Positions 47,143 to 57,166 of a stretch of 64,000 nt of DNA are shown here, piece by piece. The notes beneath the pieces are model-generated. The model did no database searches, had not been told where the DNA came from, and saw nothing but the letters and a program-made list of their open reading frames with translations. The stretch spans positions 21,047 to 85,046 of the forward strand of contig CAWBOA010000014.1 of the NCBI GenBank assembly GCA_963790255.1, read 5' to 3'. Position numbers and translations under genes: made by a program. This stretch comes from an uncultured Chloroflexia bacterium (GTDB lineage Bacteria > Chloroflexota > Limnocylindria > QHBO01). Every line of letters begins with the position of its first letter. Position 1 is the stretch's first letter.

Positions 47143-47829
47143 ATGGAGATCGCTCCGGCCGTCCACCAGGTCCGGATGCTCGGCGCCGATGCCTTCCTCA
47201 TCGCCGAGGAGCGGCTCACCCTCATCGATGCCGGCATGGTCGGCACGCGCCTCACGCTCGAGCGCTACCTGCGCCGCATCGGCCGGAGCATGGACGAGCT
47301 GGACCGGATCATCCTCACGCACGGCCATCCGGACCACATCGGCGGCCTGCGCGAGCTCGTGGGCGATCGGAGCGACGTCACCGTGCTCATCCATCCGGAT
47401 GACCTCGCCGGCCTCCGGCTTCCGCTGCGCGAGGCCCTCGCGCGAACGGAGGATCCGGCCGTACGCCGCGGACGGCTGATCCAGTACCTGACTCGGGCGC
47501 CCGCCGACGCGACGCCGATCCTGGATGGGCAGCTCATCCCGGTCCTCGGCGGCCTCCGCGTGGTGCATACCCCCGGCCACACCCCGGGCAGCGTGTGCCT
47601 CTACGCCGAGCGCATGCGCCTCCTCTTCACCGGAGACGTGCTTCAGGTGCTCCGCGGTCGGCTGACGTATGCAAGCGCGTTCTTCAGCCACGACCACGCC
47701 GGCGCGCGCTCGTCGGTCGAGCGGCTGGCGGAGCTGGACGTGGACACGATCGCCCTCTCCCACTATCCCCCGTGGACGGTCGACGCGAACGGCGCGCTCC
47801 GCTCCCTCGCCACGGCCGCGGCCTCGTGA
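47143..47829 (+). CDS. MBL-fold metallo-hydrolase
   Basis: THGHPDH, TPGHTPG, FTGD. Confidence 0.9.
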   Translation: MEIAPAVHQVRMLGADAFLIAEERLTLIDAGMVGTRLTLERYLRRIGRSMDELDRIILTHGHPDHIGGLRELVGDRSDVTVLIHPDDLAGLRLPLREALARTEDPAVRRGRLIQYLTRAPADATPILDGQLIPVLGGLRVVHTPGHTPGSVCLYAERMRLLFTGDVLQVLRGRLTYASAFFSHDHAGARSSVERLAELDVDTIALSHYPPWTVDANGALRSLATAAAS

Positions 47830-50351
47830 CCACCGGCGACGCCGCCGCACCGAGCGTTGACACCGTTCCGGCCCTCCTGACGGAGGCGGCACGGCGGCAC
47901 GATCGCCGCCCGGCGCTCCTCATCAAGCCGGCCTTCCGCACCCGTCGCTGGCGATACCGGGATCTCGCCGCCCTCGCGCCCCGCGTCGCACGCGTCATCG
48001 CCGATGCCGGGATCGAGCCCGGTGATCGGGTCATCATCTGGGCGGTCAACCGGCCGGAGTGGGGGATCGCCTTCCTCGGTGCGATCCATGCCGGGGCGGT
48101 CCTCGTCCCGCTCGACTTCCGCACGCTGACCGACTTCGCGAGCCGCGTCGCGGAGCGCACCGAGGCCAAGCTCGTCATCGCATCGGCCCAGACCGCGGCC
48201 GCGGCATCGGCCCTTGGCCTGCCGATGGTGCTCATCGAGCAGCTCCCCGACCGGGCGCGCGCAAGCGAGCCCCTCCCGACGCCGCCGATCGCGCCGGACG
48301 ACCTGCTCGAGATCGTATTCACCTCCGGCACCACCGGCGACCCGAAGGGCGCGATGCTCACCCATCGCAACCTGGTCAGCAACGCGCGGAGCCTGGTGCA
48401 GGTGTTCCACTTCCAGCGCAACGAGCGACTGCTGTCGGTCCTGCCGCTGAGCCACCTCTTCGAGCAGACCGTCGGCTTCCTGACGCCGCTCCTGGCCGGC
48501 GCAAGCGTGGTGTATCCCATCAGCCGCCAGCCGTCGGTGCTGGTACGGACCTTCCGCGAGTTCCGCGCGACGATGCTGCTGATCGTTCCGCAGGGCCTGA
48601 AGCTGCTGGACAACGCCATCGAGCGTCATGTCGACGCCACCGGCCGGCGCGCGACCTTCGAGAAGCTGCACCGCTGGGCGCGCCGCCTGCCCCGGCCCCT
48701 GCGGCGCATCCTCTTCCGCCCTGTTCTCGGCCAGTTCGGGGGTCGGCTCAGCACGATCGCGGTGGGCGGCGCGGCCATGGACGTCGAGCTCGCCAACCGC
48801 TGGACCGAGATGGGCCTCGAGGTGCTCCAGGGCTACGGGGCAACCGAGATGGCGCCCGTCCTCACCTTCACGCGGCCCGAACGCAACCGATTCGGGACGG
48901 TGGGCGAGGCGATCCCAGGGGTCGAGGTCCGGGTTGCCGATGACGGCGAGGTCATCGCGCGGGGCCCGAACCGCTTCGCCGGCTACTGGCGCGATCCGGA
49001 GTCCACGGCCGCCGCGATCGATGCCGAGGGCTGGTACCACACCGGCGACCTCGGGGAGCTCTCGGCCGACGGCCAGCTGACGCTGCGCGGTCGGAAGAAG
49101 GACATGCTCGTCCTCGCCGACGGCACGAACGTGTACCCGGAGGACATCGAGGCTGCCCTCGTCCGCGACGGTCGCGTCCGCGATGCGGCGGTCGTCGGGG
49201 TCGGCGACCCGGGCGACCTGCGCGTGCATGCGGTGCTGCTGATGGACAACCCGGCCGAGGCGCCCTCCGTCGTGCGCGACGCAAACGCCGCGCTGGCCGG
49301 CAGTCAGCAGATCCGCGGCCACTCGGTGTGGCCCGAGGACGACTTCCCGCGCACGCACACCCTGAAGGTCAAGAAGCGACTCGTCCTCGCGGCGCTCGAT
49401 GGTGCGGCACCCGCCGCGGCAGAAGCGGCGAAGCCCACGCCGTCGGCAGCGGCCGCGGCGAGCGGCGGGATCGATGGCCTGCGGGCGGTCGTGGCGGCGA
49501 CGGCCAGCCTGCCGCTCGATCAGGTGACTCCGGAGGCTCGCCTCTCCTCCGACCTCGGCCTTGACTCACTGGCGCGCGTCGAGCTGCTCGGCGTGATCGA
49601 GGAGGAGCTCGGTGCCTTCGTCGACGACGCGATCCTCGACCCCGAGGCCACCATCGCAGAGCTCCACGCATTGGTCGAGGCGGCGCGCGACGCGAAGCGC
49701 GACACCGGCATCTACGGCTGGCCGCTCAACCCCTTGGTGCGCGCGGTCGGGCTCGGCCTCCAGGAGCTGTTGATGGTGCCGATCGTCGGGCTCGCCTATC
49801 GCGTCCGGGTGCGCGGTGAGAACCACCTCAAGGGCCTCGAGGGACCGGTCATCTTCGTGCCCAACCATCACCTCCACTCCGACAACATGATCATCCTCAC
49901 CCACCTGCCGTTCGTGTGGCGCTGGCGCCTCTCGGTCGCCGCCGCGGCGGATGACATCTTCGGCAACCCCGTCCGCGCGCTCGGCGCATCGGTCCTCGGC
50001 AACGCCTTCCCGCTGGCCCGGGAGGGGGCGATCCGTCGCTCGCTCGAGCTGCTCGGCGCTCGCCTGGACCGCAACTTCAGCGTCCTCATCTATCCCGAGG
50101 GCGAGCTGACCGTGGGTGGTCCGCTGAAGCCGTTCAAGGCCGGCGCTGGCCTCATCGCGGTGGAGGGAGCCACTCCCGTCGTGCCGATGAAGGTGAAGAT
50201 CCACCGCCTGTCGTGGATCGATCAACGCGGCAAGGGGACCTCCCCGCGCGGCGACGTGGAGGTCGTCTTCGGGGAGCCGATCTACTTCGCCGCCGGAACC
50301 GAGGCCGGCGCCGCAACCGCTCGGCTCCAGGCCGCCGTCTCCGCCCTGTAG
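47826..50351 (+). CDS. Acyl-AMP ligase / acyl carrier domain / PlsC-type acyltransferase fusion
   Basis: FTSGTTGDPKG, GYGATE, TGD; LGLDSL (Ppant Ser); NHHLHSD, YPEG. Confidence 0.9.
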   Translation: MTTGDAAAPSVDTVPALLTEAARRHDRRPALLIKPAFRTRRWRYRDLAALAPRVARVIADAGIEPGDRVIIWAVNRPEWGIAFLGAIHAGAVLVPLDFRTLTDFASRVAERTEAKLVIASAQTAAAASALGLPMVLIEQLPDRARASEPLPTPPIAPDDLLEIVFTSGTTGDPKGAMLTHRNLVSNARSLVQVFHFQRNERLLSVLPLSHLFEQTVGFLTPLLAGASVVYPISRQPSVLVRTFREFRATMLLIVPQGLKLLDNAIERHVDATGRRATFEKLHRWARRLPRPLRRILFRPVLGQFGGRLSTIAVGGAAMDVELANRWTEMGLEVLQGYGATEMAPVLTFTRPERNRFGTVGEAIPGVEVRVADDGEVIARGPNRFAGYWRDPESTAAAIDAEGWYHTGDLGELSADGQLTLRGRKKDMLVLADGTNVYPEDIEAALVRDGRVRDAAVVGVGDPGDLRVHAVLLMDNPAEAPSVVRDANAALAGSQQIRGHSVWPEDDFPRTHTLKVKKRLVLAALDGAAPAAAEAAKPTPSAAAAASGGIDGLRAVVAATASLPLDQVTPEARLSSDLGLDSLARVELLGVIEEELGAFVDDAILDPEATIAELHALVEAARDAKRDTGIYGWPLNPLVRAVGLGLQELLMVPIVGLAYRVRVRGENHLKGLEGPVIFVPNHHLHSDNMIILTHLPFVWRWRLSVAAAADDIFGNPVRALGASVLGNAFPLAREGAIRRSLELLGARLDRNFSVLIYPEGELTVGGPLKPFKAGAGLIAVEGATPVVPMKVKIHRLSWIDQRGKGTSPRGDVEVVFGEPIYFAAGTEAGAATARLQAAVSAL

Positions 50352-50359
50352 GGCGAGCC

Positions 50360-51761
50360 TCAGCGGGCCGCGAGGAGGGCAAGCGCGACGGCGAACGTCG
50401 CCTCGGCGAAGAGGGCCACGCGCGCGACGTCCACGTTGTCGATGTCATCGCAGGCGAGGTGGTAGCAGGCGTCCGGCGGCTCACCACCGGAGCCACCCGC
50501 ACCCGGCTGCGCGGCGCCTCCCGTCTCGCTCGCCCCGGCGAACAGCCCGCCGGTCGGGATCCCCGCCTCGACGAACCCGAAGTGGTCCGATGAGCCGCCG
50601 AGATCGGTTGGCTGGAACGGCTCACCGCGCTGGCCGAACCAGGCGCCATACGCATCGGTGATGGCGGCGGAGCCCTCGGCCGCCCCGGCCTCGTCGTACA
50701 CGAGGGTGGCGCCGTTGAGCGAGCCGGCCATGTCGAGGTTGAGATAGGCGACTGGCTCGTCGTCGAGGTGATCCACGTAGGCGCGCGAGCCGATCGTTCC
50801 CAGCTCCTCGCCTCCCCACAGGCCGATCCGGACCGCGCCGCCGTCGGGAACGCCAGTCTCGGCAAGGCCGCGGGCGATCTCGAGCAAGGCGGCCACGCCG
50901 CTGCCGTTGTCGTTGATTCCGGGCCCCTCGAAGACCGAATCGAGGTGGCCGCCGAGCATCACGACCGACGGCCCATCGCCGAGCTGCGCGATGACGTTGC
51001 GGAGCGTGGCCGGCTCCCGTTCGGTCTCGACGACCAGGTGTGCCGCGGCGTCGCCCTCAGCTTCGATCGCCGCGATCGCCTCGTCCGTGACGCTCACCAC
51101 CGGGATCTCGATGCCGCCGGGGTCGATCAGGGTGGGCCGGAAGATCTCGCCGGGCCCGCGGTCGGGGTATCCGACGACCAGTGCGGCCGCGCCGGCACCA
51201 GCGGCGTTGATGGCCTGCTGCCGCCGGAAGCAGCCACCCTGGACGGTGAATGCGATCGCGCCCTCCGGCACGTCGGCGAAGTCCTCGGCGGCGCAGCCAC
51301 TGCCCTGAAGCTGGACGATGGGCGCGGTGATGTCACCGCTGGCCGAGTAGATCAGCGCGTGCAGCTCATCGGGCGCCTCGAATCGCGCGTCGCCGACCTC
51401 GAGCACCGCGCCGGGAAGCTCGCGGAAGCCGGTGAAGGACACCTCGGGCGTGCTCACGTCGAAGCCGAGCCCCTCGAGGACCCCGAACCGCGTAGTCCAC
51501 CGATGCCTCGTAGCCCGCGCTCCCGGCGAAGCGGACGCCATCGTGCTCGTCGGCGATCCCCTGCAGCGCGGCGAGGTGCTCGCGCAGCCGATCCTCGTCG
51601 GCGGAGAGCTGCGGGCCGTCGGACGGGAGCGGGATGACCGCGTCGCTCTCGCGCGGCAGGTCGCTGCCGTCCGGTGGGACCGTCGAGGGCGCCTGGGACC
51701 CGCACGCGGCCAGCAGGACGGCCAGCGCGACGGCGGAGATGCGCCGGTCCAGAGTCCTCAC
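50360..51761 (-). CDS. M28 aminopeptidase lipoprotein with PA domain, frameshifted near 51490
   Basis: Lipobox LAAC; GHLDSV, NDNGSG, GEELG, NLDM, SDH, YH. Confidence 0.9.
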
Positions 51762-51891
51762 GACAACTCATACCCCCGCCGGCGCGAGATGGTTCGCCGC
51801 GGGTCCCGCGGTAACACCCGCGGCGGCGCGGCCGTCGAGTGCCCATGCGAGCGCCGACATTACGAGCGCCCGCGCCATGAGGTCCCACCCG

Positions 51892-52584
51892 ATGCGTCGA
51901 CTCCTCCCCCTTCTCGCCGTCGTCGCTCTCGTCGGCGCGGTGCCGGCGACAGCGGTCGCAGCCGTCCCGGACTACCAGCGCGTCATCGTGTCGCGCCATG
52001 CCGATGCCGCCCTCGTCGCGATCGACGGCTGCGTCGTGACCGAGGTCTTCGTCTCGGCCATGGACGCGAAGTTCGGCGGACGACCCGGTCCGAACATCCG
52101 ACAGGGACTCACCGGCGTCGGCGTCCGCCAGAGCGATGCGTGCGCCGGCGCGGCTTCGATGGGCAGCATCGGCATCTTCGCCGCGGGTGGGGGCGGCGGT
52201 GCGCTCCTCTTCGACGGCCTGGGCCAGACGTTCGACCCGCTCGGCAGCAACGTGCACTTCGACCGCGCCTGGCTGAGCGTCGACGTGCCGATGGTCGACG
52301 AGGTCTCCGGCGACGAGGTCATCGTCACCCTCGACCTGGCGTGGAGCCTGGTCGGGGAGCTCGAGCGCGACACCGGCCACCTCCACGTCCGCGTCCCCGG
52401 CGAGGGGAACGTGAACAGCCACCAGAACACGCTCATGGGCGACGCGACGGTGAGCGGGACGGTCGTCATCGGCTCCGAGGTGCTCACCTTCGATTCCGTC
52501 GAGGGCGCCCACGTCCAGCAGGTGAAGTACGGCTGCCAGGTGGTCGCTCACCCATCAGCCGGTGAGCCCGACTTGAGCTGCTAG
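51892..52584 (+). CDS. Hypothetical secreted beta-rich protein
   Basis: Signal peptide MRRLLPLLAVVALVGAVPATAVA; four Cys. Confidence 0.7.
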   Translation: MRRLLPLLAVVALVGAVPATAVAAVPDYQRVIVSRHADAALVAIDGCVVTEVFVSAMDAKFGGRPGPNIRQGLTGVGVRQSDACAGAASMGSIGIFAAGGGGGALLFDGLGQTFDPLGSNVHFDRAWLSVDVPMVDEVSGDEVIVTLDLAWSLVGELERDTGHLHVRVPGEGNVNSHQNTLMGDATVSGTVVIGSEVLTFDSVEGAHVQQVKYGCQVVAHPSAGEPDLSC

Positions 52585-52611
52585 GCGACACGACGGTCCA
52601 CGCTGCGAGGC

Positions 52612-54237
52612 TCAGCTCCGCGAGAGCGCGCCTCGGTACAGGTCGAGCAGGCGCGTGCTGAGGCCGGGCCCGGCCGACACGAGGTCGCGGAACTCGTCCG
52701 CATCCAGCGCCATGAGCGTCCCGTCGGTCGCCGCCGTCACGGTGGCCGTACGGGGCGACTGGCGCAGGAGGCCAATCTCCCCGAAGACGTCTCCCGGGCC
52801 GAGGTCCCGAAGGTGGGTGGCGTCCGAACCCTGGGTCACCCGCGTCGTGCCCTCCGCGATGAGGTAGAAGCGGTCGGCCGCATCGCCCTCGGCAACGATC
52901 ACCTCGCCGCTGGCCATCGGCACCGGCGTGAGCTGCCGGGCGGCGGTCTCGAGACGGGCGATGGGCAGTCCCGCGAAGATCGGGTGATCGAGCAGCCGAG
53001 CCCGCGCCGCATCGAGCGGCTCGGGAGCGTCGCCGCCCCTTGACAGCAGCAGGGCGACGAGCACGCCGGCGACGGAAACGATCGCGCAGCCAATGAGGAC
53101 CTGCGGGACGCCGATCGAATCGGCCAGCAGCGGAATCACGAGCGATCCGAGGCTGTAGAGGATGGCCGAGCTGGTCTGGAGGACACCCATCGCTCGTCCG
53201 CGCAGAGCATCCGGAACGATCCGCTGGATGAGGGTGGTGTTCACGACGTCGAGGAGCAGGAGCCCGGCGACGGCGACGCCCATCGCCAGCATCGCCACCA
53301 GGATGTCGCCGGCGATCGCCAGCCAGACGAGCCCGATCCCGCCGACCAGCCCGCCGATCAGGAGTGGGACGCTCAGCCTCCTCGCGAGGAGCGCACCGCC
53401 GGCGATGCCCGCGATCACGCCTCCGACCCCGGTTGCGGCGTTGAGGTACCCGGTCCCGGCCTCGCCCGCATGGAGCACGTCGAGCGCGATGACGACGGTG
53501 AGCACGCCAATCCCGCCTCCCACGAGGCTCGTGGCCGAGTCGAGGACGAACGGTCCGGCCAGCGGGCCGGCCAGCTGACGCCAGCCCGGCTCCGCTGCCG
53601 GCACCTCGTCCGTAGCCTTGGGCTCCGGCGGCGCCTCGGCGGCAGTGGCCGTCACGGGAAGGCGCCAGAGCACCACGGCAATGATCCCGAACGACACCGC
53701 GTTGAGGAGGAAGGCCACCGCCAGGTTCCCGGTCGCGAGCAGGATCCCGGCGAGCGCGGGACCGATGATGAACGCGACGTTATCGAGGGTCGCCCAGGCG
53801 CTGTTCGCCGGGCCGAGGTCGCGCTCGTCGACCAGCATCGGCAACAGCGACGCGATGGCCGGCCCGAAGAAGGTCGAGAAGCAGGCCGCCAGGATCGAGA
53901 GCGCCACGATCACGATCGTCGGAGCCTCGACTACCACCGCCGCGGCCAGGGCGAGCATGATCACGCCGCGCGCGATATCGGTGACGAGCAGCACCTTCCG
54001 TCGGTCGTATCGGTCCGCGACGATCCCCGCGGGAACCGACAGCAGGACGTAGGGGAGGATGCGAGCAGCGCCGACGATCCCCAGCAGGACCGTCGAGTTG
54101 CTGTCGGCGTACACGACCACCAGCACGGCAACCAGGTAGAGCCAGTCGCCGATGCCGGAGACGAACTCGCCGATCAGGAGCCGCGCCAGCGCGGTGTTTC
54201 GTCGGAAGAGGTCGACGTACGTCGTGAACAGGCTCAC
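52612..54237 (-). CDS. MFS transporter fused to a C-terminal cyclic nucleotide-binding domain
   Basis: GIVADRYDRRK, PDALRGR, ~12 TM; FYLI..G...GDVFGEIGLL...PRTATV. Confidence 0.93.
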   Translation of the reverse strand: MSLFTTYVDLFRRNTALARLLIGEFVSGIGDWLYLVAVLVVVYADSNSTVLLGIVGAARILPYVLLSVPAGIVADRYDRRKVLLVTDIARGVIMLALAAAVVVEAPTIVIVALSILAACFSTFFGPAIASLLPMLVDERDLGPANSAWATLDNVAFIIGPALAGILLATGNLAVAFLLNAVSFGIIAVVLWRLPVTATAAEAPPEPKATDEVPAAEPGWRQLAGPLAGPFVLDSATSLVGGGIGVLTVVIALDVLHAGEAGTGYLNAATGVGGVIAGIAGGALLARRLSVPLLIGGLVGGIGLVWLAIAGDILVAMLAMGVAVAGLLLLDVVNTTLIQRIVPDALRGRAMGVLQTSSAILYSLGSLVIPLLADSIGVPQVLIGCAIVSVAGVLVALLLSRGGDAPEPLDAARARLLDHPIFAGLPIARLETAARQLTPVPMASGEVIVAEGDAADRFYLIAEGTTRVTQGSDATHLRDLGPGDVFGEIGLLRQSPRTATVTAATDGTLMALDADEFRDLVSAGPGLSTRLLDLYRGALSRS

Positions 54238-55082
54238 GTTGCCGTGCTCACCCGGTGCCGCCAGGGGTGGCGCCGGCCGGGATTGTCGGAGATGCTTGCC
54301 AGGACCGCCTTGACCTCGAACGGGGTGAGGCCCGGGTGCTTCGACAGGATGAGCGCGGCGAGCCCCGCGATATGCGGGGCGGCGAAGCTGTTACCGGTGG
54401 CGACGGTCGATCCCCCGTCCTTCCACGCGATCGGGACATCCACCCCCCAGGCGCCGAACTCGACCGGCGGCGCTGGGTTGTAGTAGATCCGCCACGGGTC
54501 CGGCTCAGGGTGCGCGGCGACCGAGAAGACGGACGAAAAGAGGGACGGGTAGCTCGGCGCCGGCACGTTGTTGGCGGCGCTCACCAGCGCGGTGGACTGG
54601 AAGTACGCGCGATCGGCCAGGTCGTGGAAGATCGGGTAGAGCGACTCGCTCTTGGACGAGAGGCTCAGGTTGCAGACCTGCAGGCCCTGCTCGATGGCCC
54701 ACTCCAGGCCGGCGGCGAAGGCGGTGCCCTTTCCGCGCAGGTCGGCACCGAGGACGCGGATTGAGACCAGCTCGACCTCCGGCGCCATCGACAGGATGAT
54801 CCCGCCGCACGCGGTCCCGTGGCCGAACATGTCGACTCCCTCGTCGGGCACGACGACCGGCCCGTCATCGCGCATCTCGACCGTGACGTTTTCGACCACG
54901 CGCCCGTTGAGACGCGGGTGGTCGTTCTCGAGGCCGGAGTCGATGATCCCGACTCGAACCCCGGCGCCCGTCGCGCCGCCCCAGGCCCACTCGCGCGTCA
55001 GGCCTCGCAGGCGGAGGCTGCGACGGAGCTCACGGCGTGGGTTGGCGAACGGCTCGGACCACGCCGGCAGCTCCGGCGTCAT
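54234..55082 (-). CDS. Minimal cytoplasmic S8 serine peptidase
   Basis: IIDSG (D), HGTAC (H), SAANN (oxyanion N), GNSFAAP (S); no signal peptide. Confidence 0.92.
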   Translation of the reverse strand: MTPELPAWSEPFANPRRELRRSLRLRGLTREWAWGGATGAGVRVGIIDSGLENDHPRLNGRVVENVTVEMRDDGPVVVPDEGVDMFGHGTACGGIILSMAPEVELVSIRVLGADLRGKGTAFAAGLEWAIEQGLQVCNLSLSSKSESLYPIFHDLADRAYFQSTALVSAANNVPAPSYPSLFSSVFSVAAHPEPDPWRIYYNPAPPVEFGAWGVDVPIAWKDGGSTVATGNSFAAPHIAGLAALILSKHPGLTPFEVKAVLASISDNPGRRHPWRHRVSTAT

Positions 55083-55858
55083 CGACGCAATGAGGAGCGC
55101 TGCGATCGTCCCGCGTGATCGGCCACGACCTCGAGCATGTCAACGACGAGCGCGAGCTCGCGATCGCTGAGACCCCGAAGGCGAGCGACCTGGTCGACCA
55201 GGCGCCAGAAGGGGGATTCGTCATCGGCATCGAGGCCGACGGTCGCCGCCGAGACGGCCGCGTCGATCTCTTCCTCGCTCGCCCCGGCGGCGAGCTCCCG
55301 CAGGACCGCGCCGATCAGACGCCCGGTGTCGCGCTGGACCTTTGCCGCGGCGATGGCGACGGTGGCCTGTCCGGCGAAGACGCCGAGCAGCTCCATGTCG
55401 CGGAGGGAGAAGGTCGCCGATGAGTGCTTGTCGAGGACCTGGAGGACGCCGACCACGTTGTCCTCGTCGAGGAGCGGCGCGGCCGCGATCGAGCGGGGAA
55501 CGTAGCCCGTCTGCTCAGCCGCGTCACGGTTGAAGCGTGGGTCGTTGCCGACGTCCGACAGCGCGAGCGCCTGGCCGGTCGAGTAGACGAAGCCGACGAT
55601 TCCCTGCGTCGGCGGCACGGAGAGACCGATGGCCCCGGCGCCCTTCTCGCCGGCGGCAACGCGGAACTCGAGCCGATCGGGATCCTGCTCGAACAGCGCG
55701 ATCGACGCCGCTTCGGCGTCGAACAGGCGCACGGTGGCGTCGACGATGCTCTGGAGGAGCCTCGTCTCGATGTCACCCTGGAGCCGTCTCCCGACGGCGG
55801 AACGCCGCGACGCCGCAACGAGTGCGGCGATCGCGGCATCCACTGGAGGGTCTGCCAC
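55079..55858 (-). CDS. Stand-alone GAF domain protein
   Basis: GIVGFV...DVGNDPRF...SIAAAPL...GVLQVLDK...FSLRDMELL (NKFDE-like). Confidence 0.9.
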   Translation of the reverse strand: MADPPVDAAIAALVAASRRSAVGRRLQGDIETRLLQSIVDATVRLFDAEAASIALFEQDPDRLEFRVAAGEKGAGAIGLSVPPTQGIVGFVYSTGQALALSDVGNDPRFNRDAAEQTGYVPRSIAAAPLLDEDNVVGVLQVLDKHSSATFSLRDMELLGVFAGQATVAIAAAKVQRDTGRLIGAVLRELAAGASEEEIDAAVSAATVGLDADDESPFWRLVDQVARLRGLSDRELALVVDMLEVVADHAGRSQRSSLRR

Positions 55859-55870
55859 CCTTGTGTGGCT

Positions 55871-56359
55871 TTACCGGCGTTCCAGACCGCCCAGATGGCC
55901 CTCGGTGTCGTCGTCATCGGCGATACCGCGAAGCTTGTTGGTGTGGCCCTCGGTGTCGTCGTCATCGGCGATACCGCGAAGCTTGTTGGTGTGGCCCTCG
56001 GTGTCGTCGTCATCGGCGATACCGCGAAGCTTGTTGATGTGGCCCTCGGTGTCGTCGTCATCGGCGATACCGCGAAGCTTGTTGATGTGGCCCTCGGTGT
56101 CGTCGTCATCGGCGATACCGCGAAGCTTGTTGATGTGGCCCTCGGTGTCGTCGTCATCGGCGATACCGCGAAGCTTGTTGATGTGGCCCTCGGTGTCGTC
56201 GTCAGACGCCCGCTGACCGATGGCGTGGCCCTCCACGTCCTGATCTCGATCGTCGCCCATTATGTGACCCTCCACTGAATCGTCATCATGTGCCTCCCCG
56301 CCGAGCGAACCCGGACGGGAGAAGCCCTCCATCGGCGGACGCCGCCGGTAGTCATCCAT
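55871..56359 (-). CDS. Acidic repeat protein, putative multi-core peptide precursor
   Basis: AGGAGG 8 nt before ATG; nine EGH motifs; stop 12 bp before the GAF gene. Confidence 0.8.
   Translation of the reverse strand: MDDYRRRPPMEGFSRPGSLGGEAHDDDSVEGHIMGDDRDQDVEGHAIGQRASDDDTEGHINKLRGIADDDDTEGHINKLRGIADDDDTEGHINKLRGIADDDDTEGHINKLRGIADDDDTEGHTNKLRGIADDDDTEGHTNKLRGIADDDDTEGHLGGLERR
55896..56204. repeat. 48-bp tandem repeat, ~6.4 copies
   Basis: Unit TGGCCCTCGGTGTCGTCGTCATCGGCGATACCGCGAAGCTTGTTG[G/A]TG starting at 55896, 55944, 55992, 56040, 56088, 56136, partial at 56184. Confidence 0.98.
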
Positions 56360-56429
56360 GCGTTTCGCCTCCTAGGCAGCGTACTCGCACTAAACGAATT
56401 CATCGTAGGAACCGGGCCCCGTCATCCTG

Positions 56430-56468
56430 AATCGTCGGGGCGACAGGTTCCATGTCTTCTAGGCGACA
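56430..56468 (-). promoter_or_regulatory. Tandem Crp-family-like sites upstream of the repeat gene
   Basis: Minus strand TGTCG-N6-AGACA-N7-TGTCG-N6-CGATT; TACGAT -10 at 56407-56402. Confidence 0.6.
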
Positions 56469-56470
56469 GC

Positions 56471-57166
56471 TCATCGGCTGCCATGTCGCTCGAGCTCGGC
56501 GAGGTCGTGGATGACGAGGGTCTCGCGCTCGATGCTGATGAGCCCATCGTCGACGAGCCCGCTGAGGAGCTTGTTCACGCTCTGGCGCGTTCCGCCGATC
56601 ATGGCGGCCAGGTCGGACTGCGTATAGGGCCAATCGAGCTCGACTCTTCCGGACGCCTGCGGGCTCGCGTTGCGGGCCACGCGAACGAGCCGCATCGAGA
56701 GCCGCCCCGCGAGATCGAGGAAGTGCAGCTCCTCGACGTGTCCGGTGAGCCGTCGCAGCTCCTCGGCCAGTGCGTGCAGGAGGGCGTGGACGAGGTGTGC
56801 GTCATCGGTCAGGAGCTGGAGGAACTGCTCGCGCGGCAGCGCCAGCGTCTCGGTGGGTTCAAGCGCGGTCGCCGTCGTCGAGCGCGGTGAGCTGTCGAGG
56901 AGGGCGAGCTCGCCAAAGAAGTCGCCGGGCTTCAGGCTGGCGATGATGGCCTCGTCTCCCTCGGTGGACGGAAGCACGATCTTCACTCCGCCGGCGGCGA
57001 CGACCTGGAGCGAGTCACCGATGTCGCCCTGGTGGAAGATCACCTCGTTCCGTCGGAAGCGGCGCCTCCGCATCTGCCCGGCGATCAGCCGCAACCCATC
57101 GTCCGCCACGTGGGCGAAGAGCGCACAGCGGCGCAGGCTTTCGATCGCCAGGGACTCGTCGAGCAC
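56471..57166 (-). CDS. Crp/Fnr-family transcription regulator
   Basis: GDFFGELALLDSSPRS cNMP cassette; TQSDLAAMIGGTRQSVNK HTH; GAGGG RBS before GTG 57166. Confidence 0.95.
   Translation of the reverse strand: MLDESLAIESLRRCALFAHVADDGLRLIAGQMRRRRFRRNEVIFHQGDIGDSLQVVAAGGVKIVLPSTEGDEAIIASLKPGDFFGELALLDSSPRSTTATALEPTETLALPREQFLQLLTDDAHLVHALLHALAEELRRLTGHVEELHFLDLAGRLSMRLVRVARNASPQASGRVELDWPYTQSDLAAMIGGTRQSVNKLLSGLVDDGLISIERETLVIHDLAELERHGSR

Noticed and set aside
55896-56204. CRISPR array
   Set aside because: Head-to-tail 48-bp units with no unique spacers, in frame within an ORF, and no cas genes.
55315-56278. Alternative reading frames of the repeat (MTTTPRATST..., VALGVVVIGD..., SVSSSSAIPR...)
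   Set aside because: They overlap the GAF gene and lack an RBS. Only the DTEGH frame has an SD, operon fit and motif conservation outside the exact repeat.
56471-57166. CooA or Fnr assignment
   Set aside because: It has an intact cNMP cassette, no Fnr-type Cys cluster and no coo genes; only the RQ helix resembles CooA.
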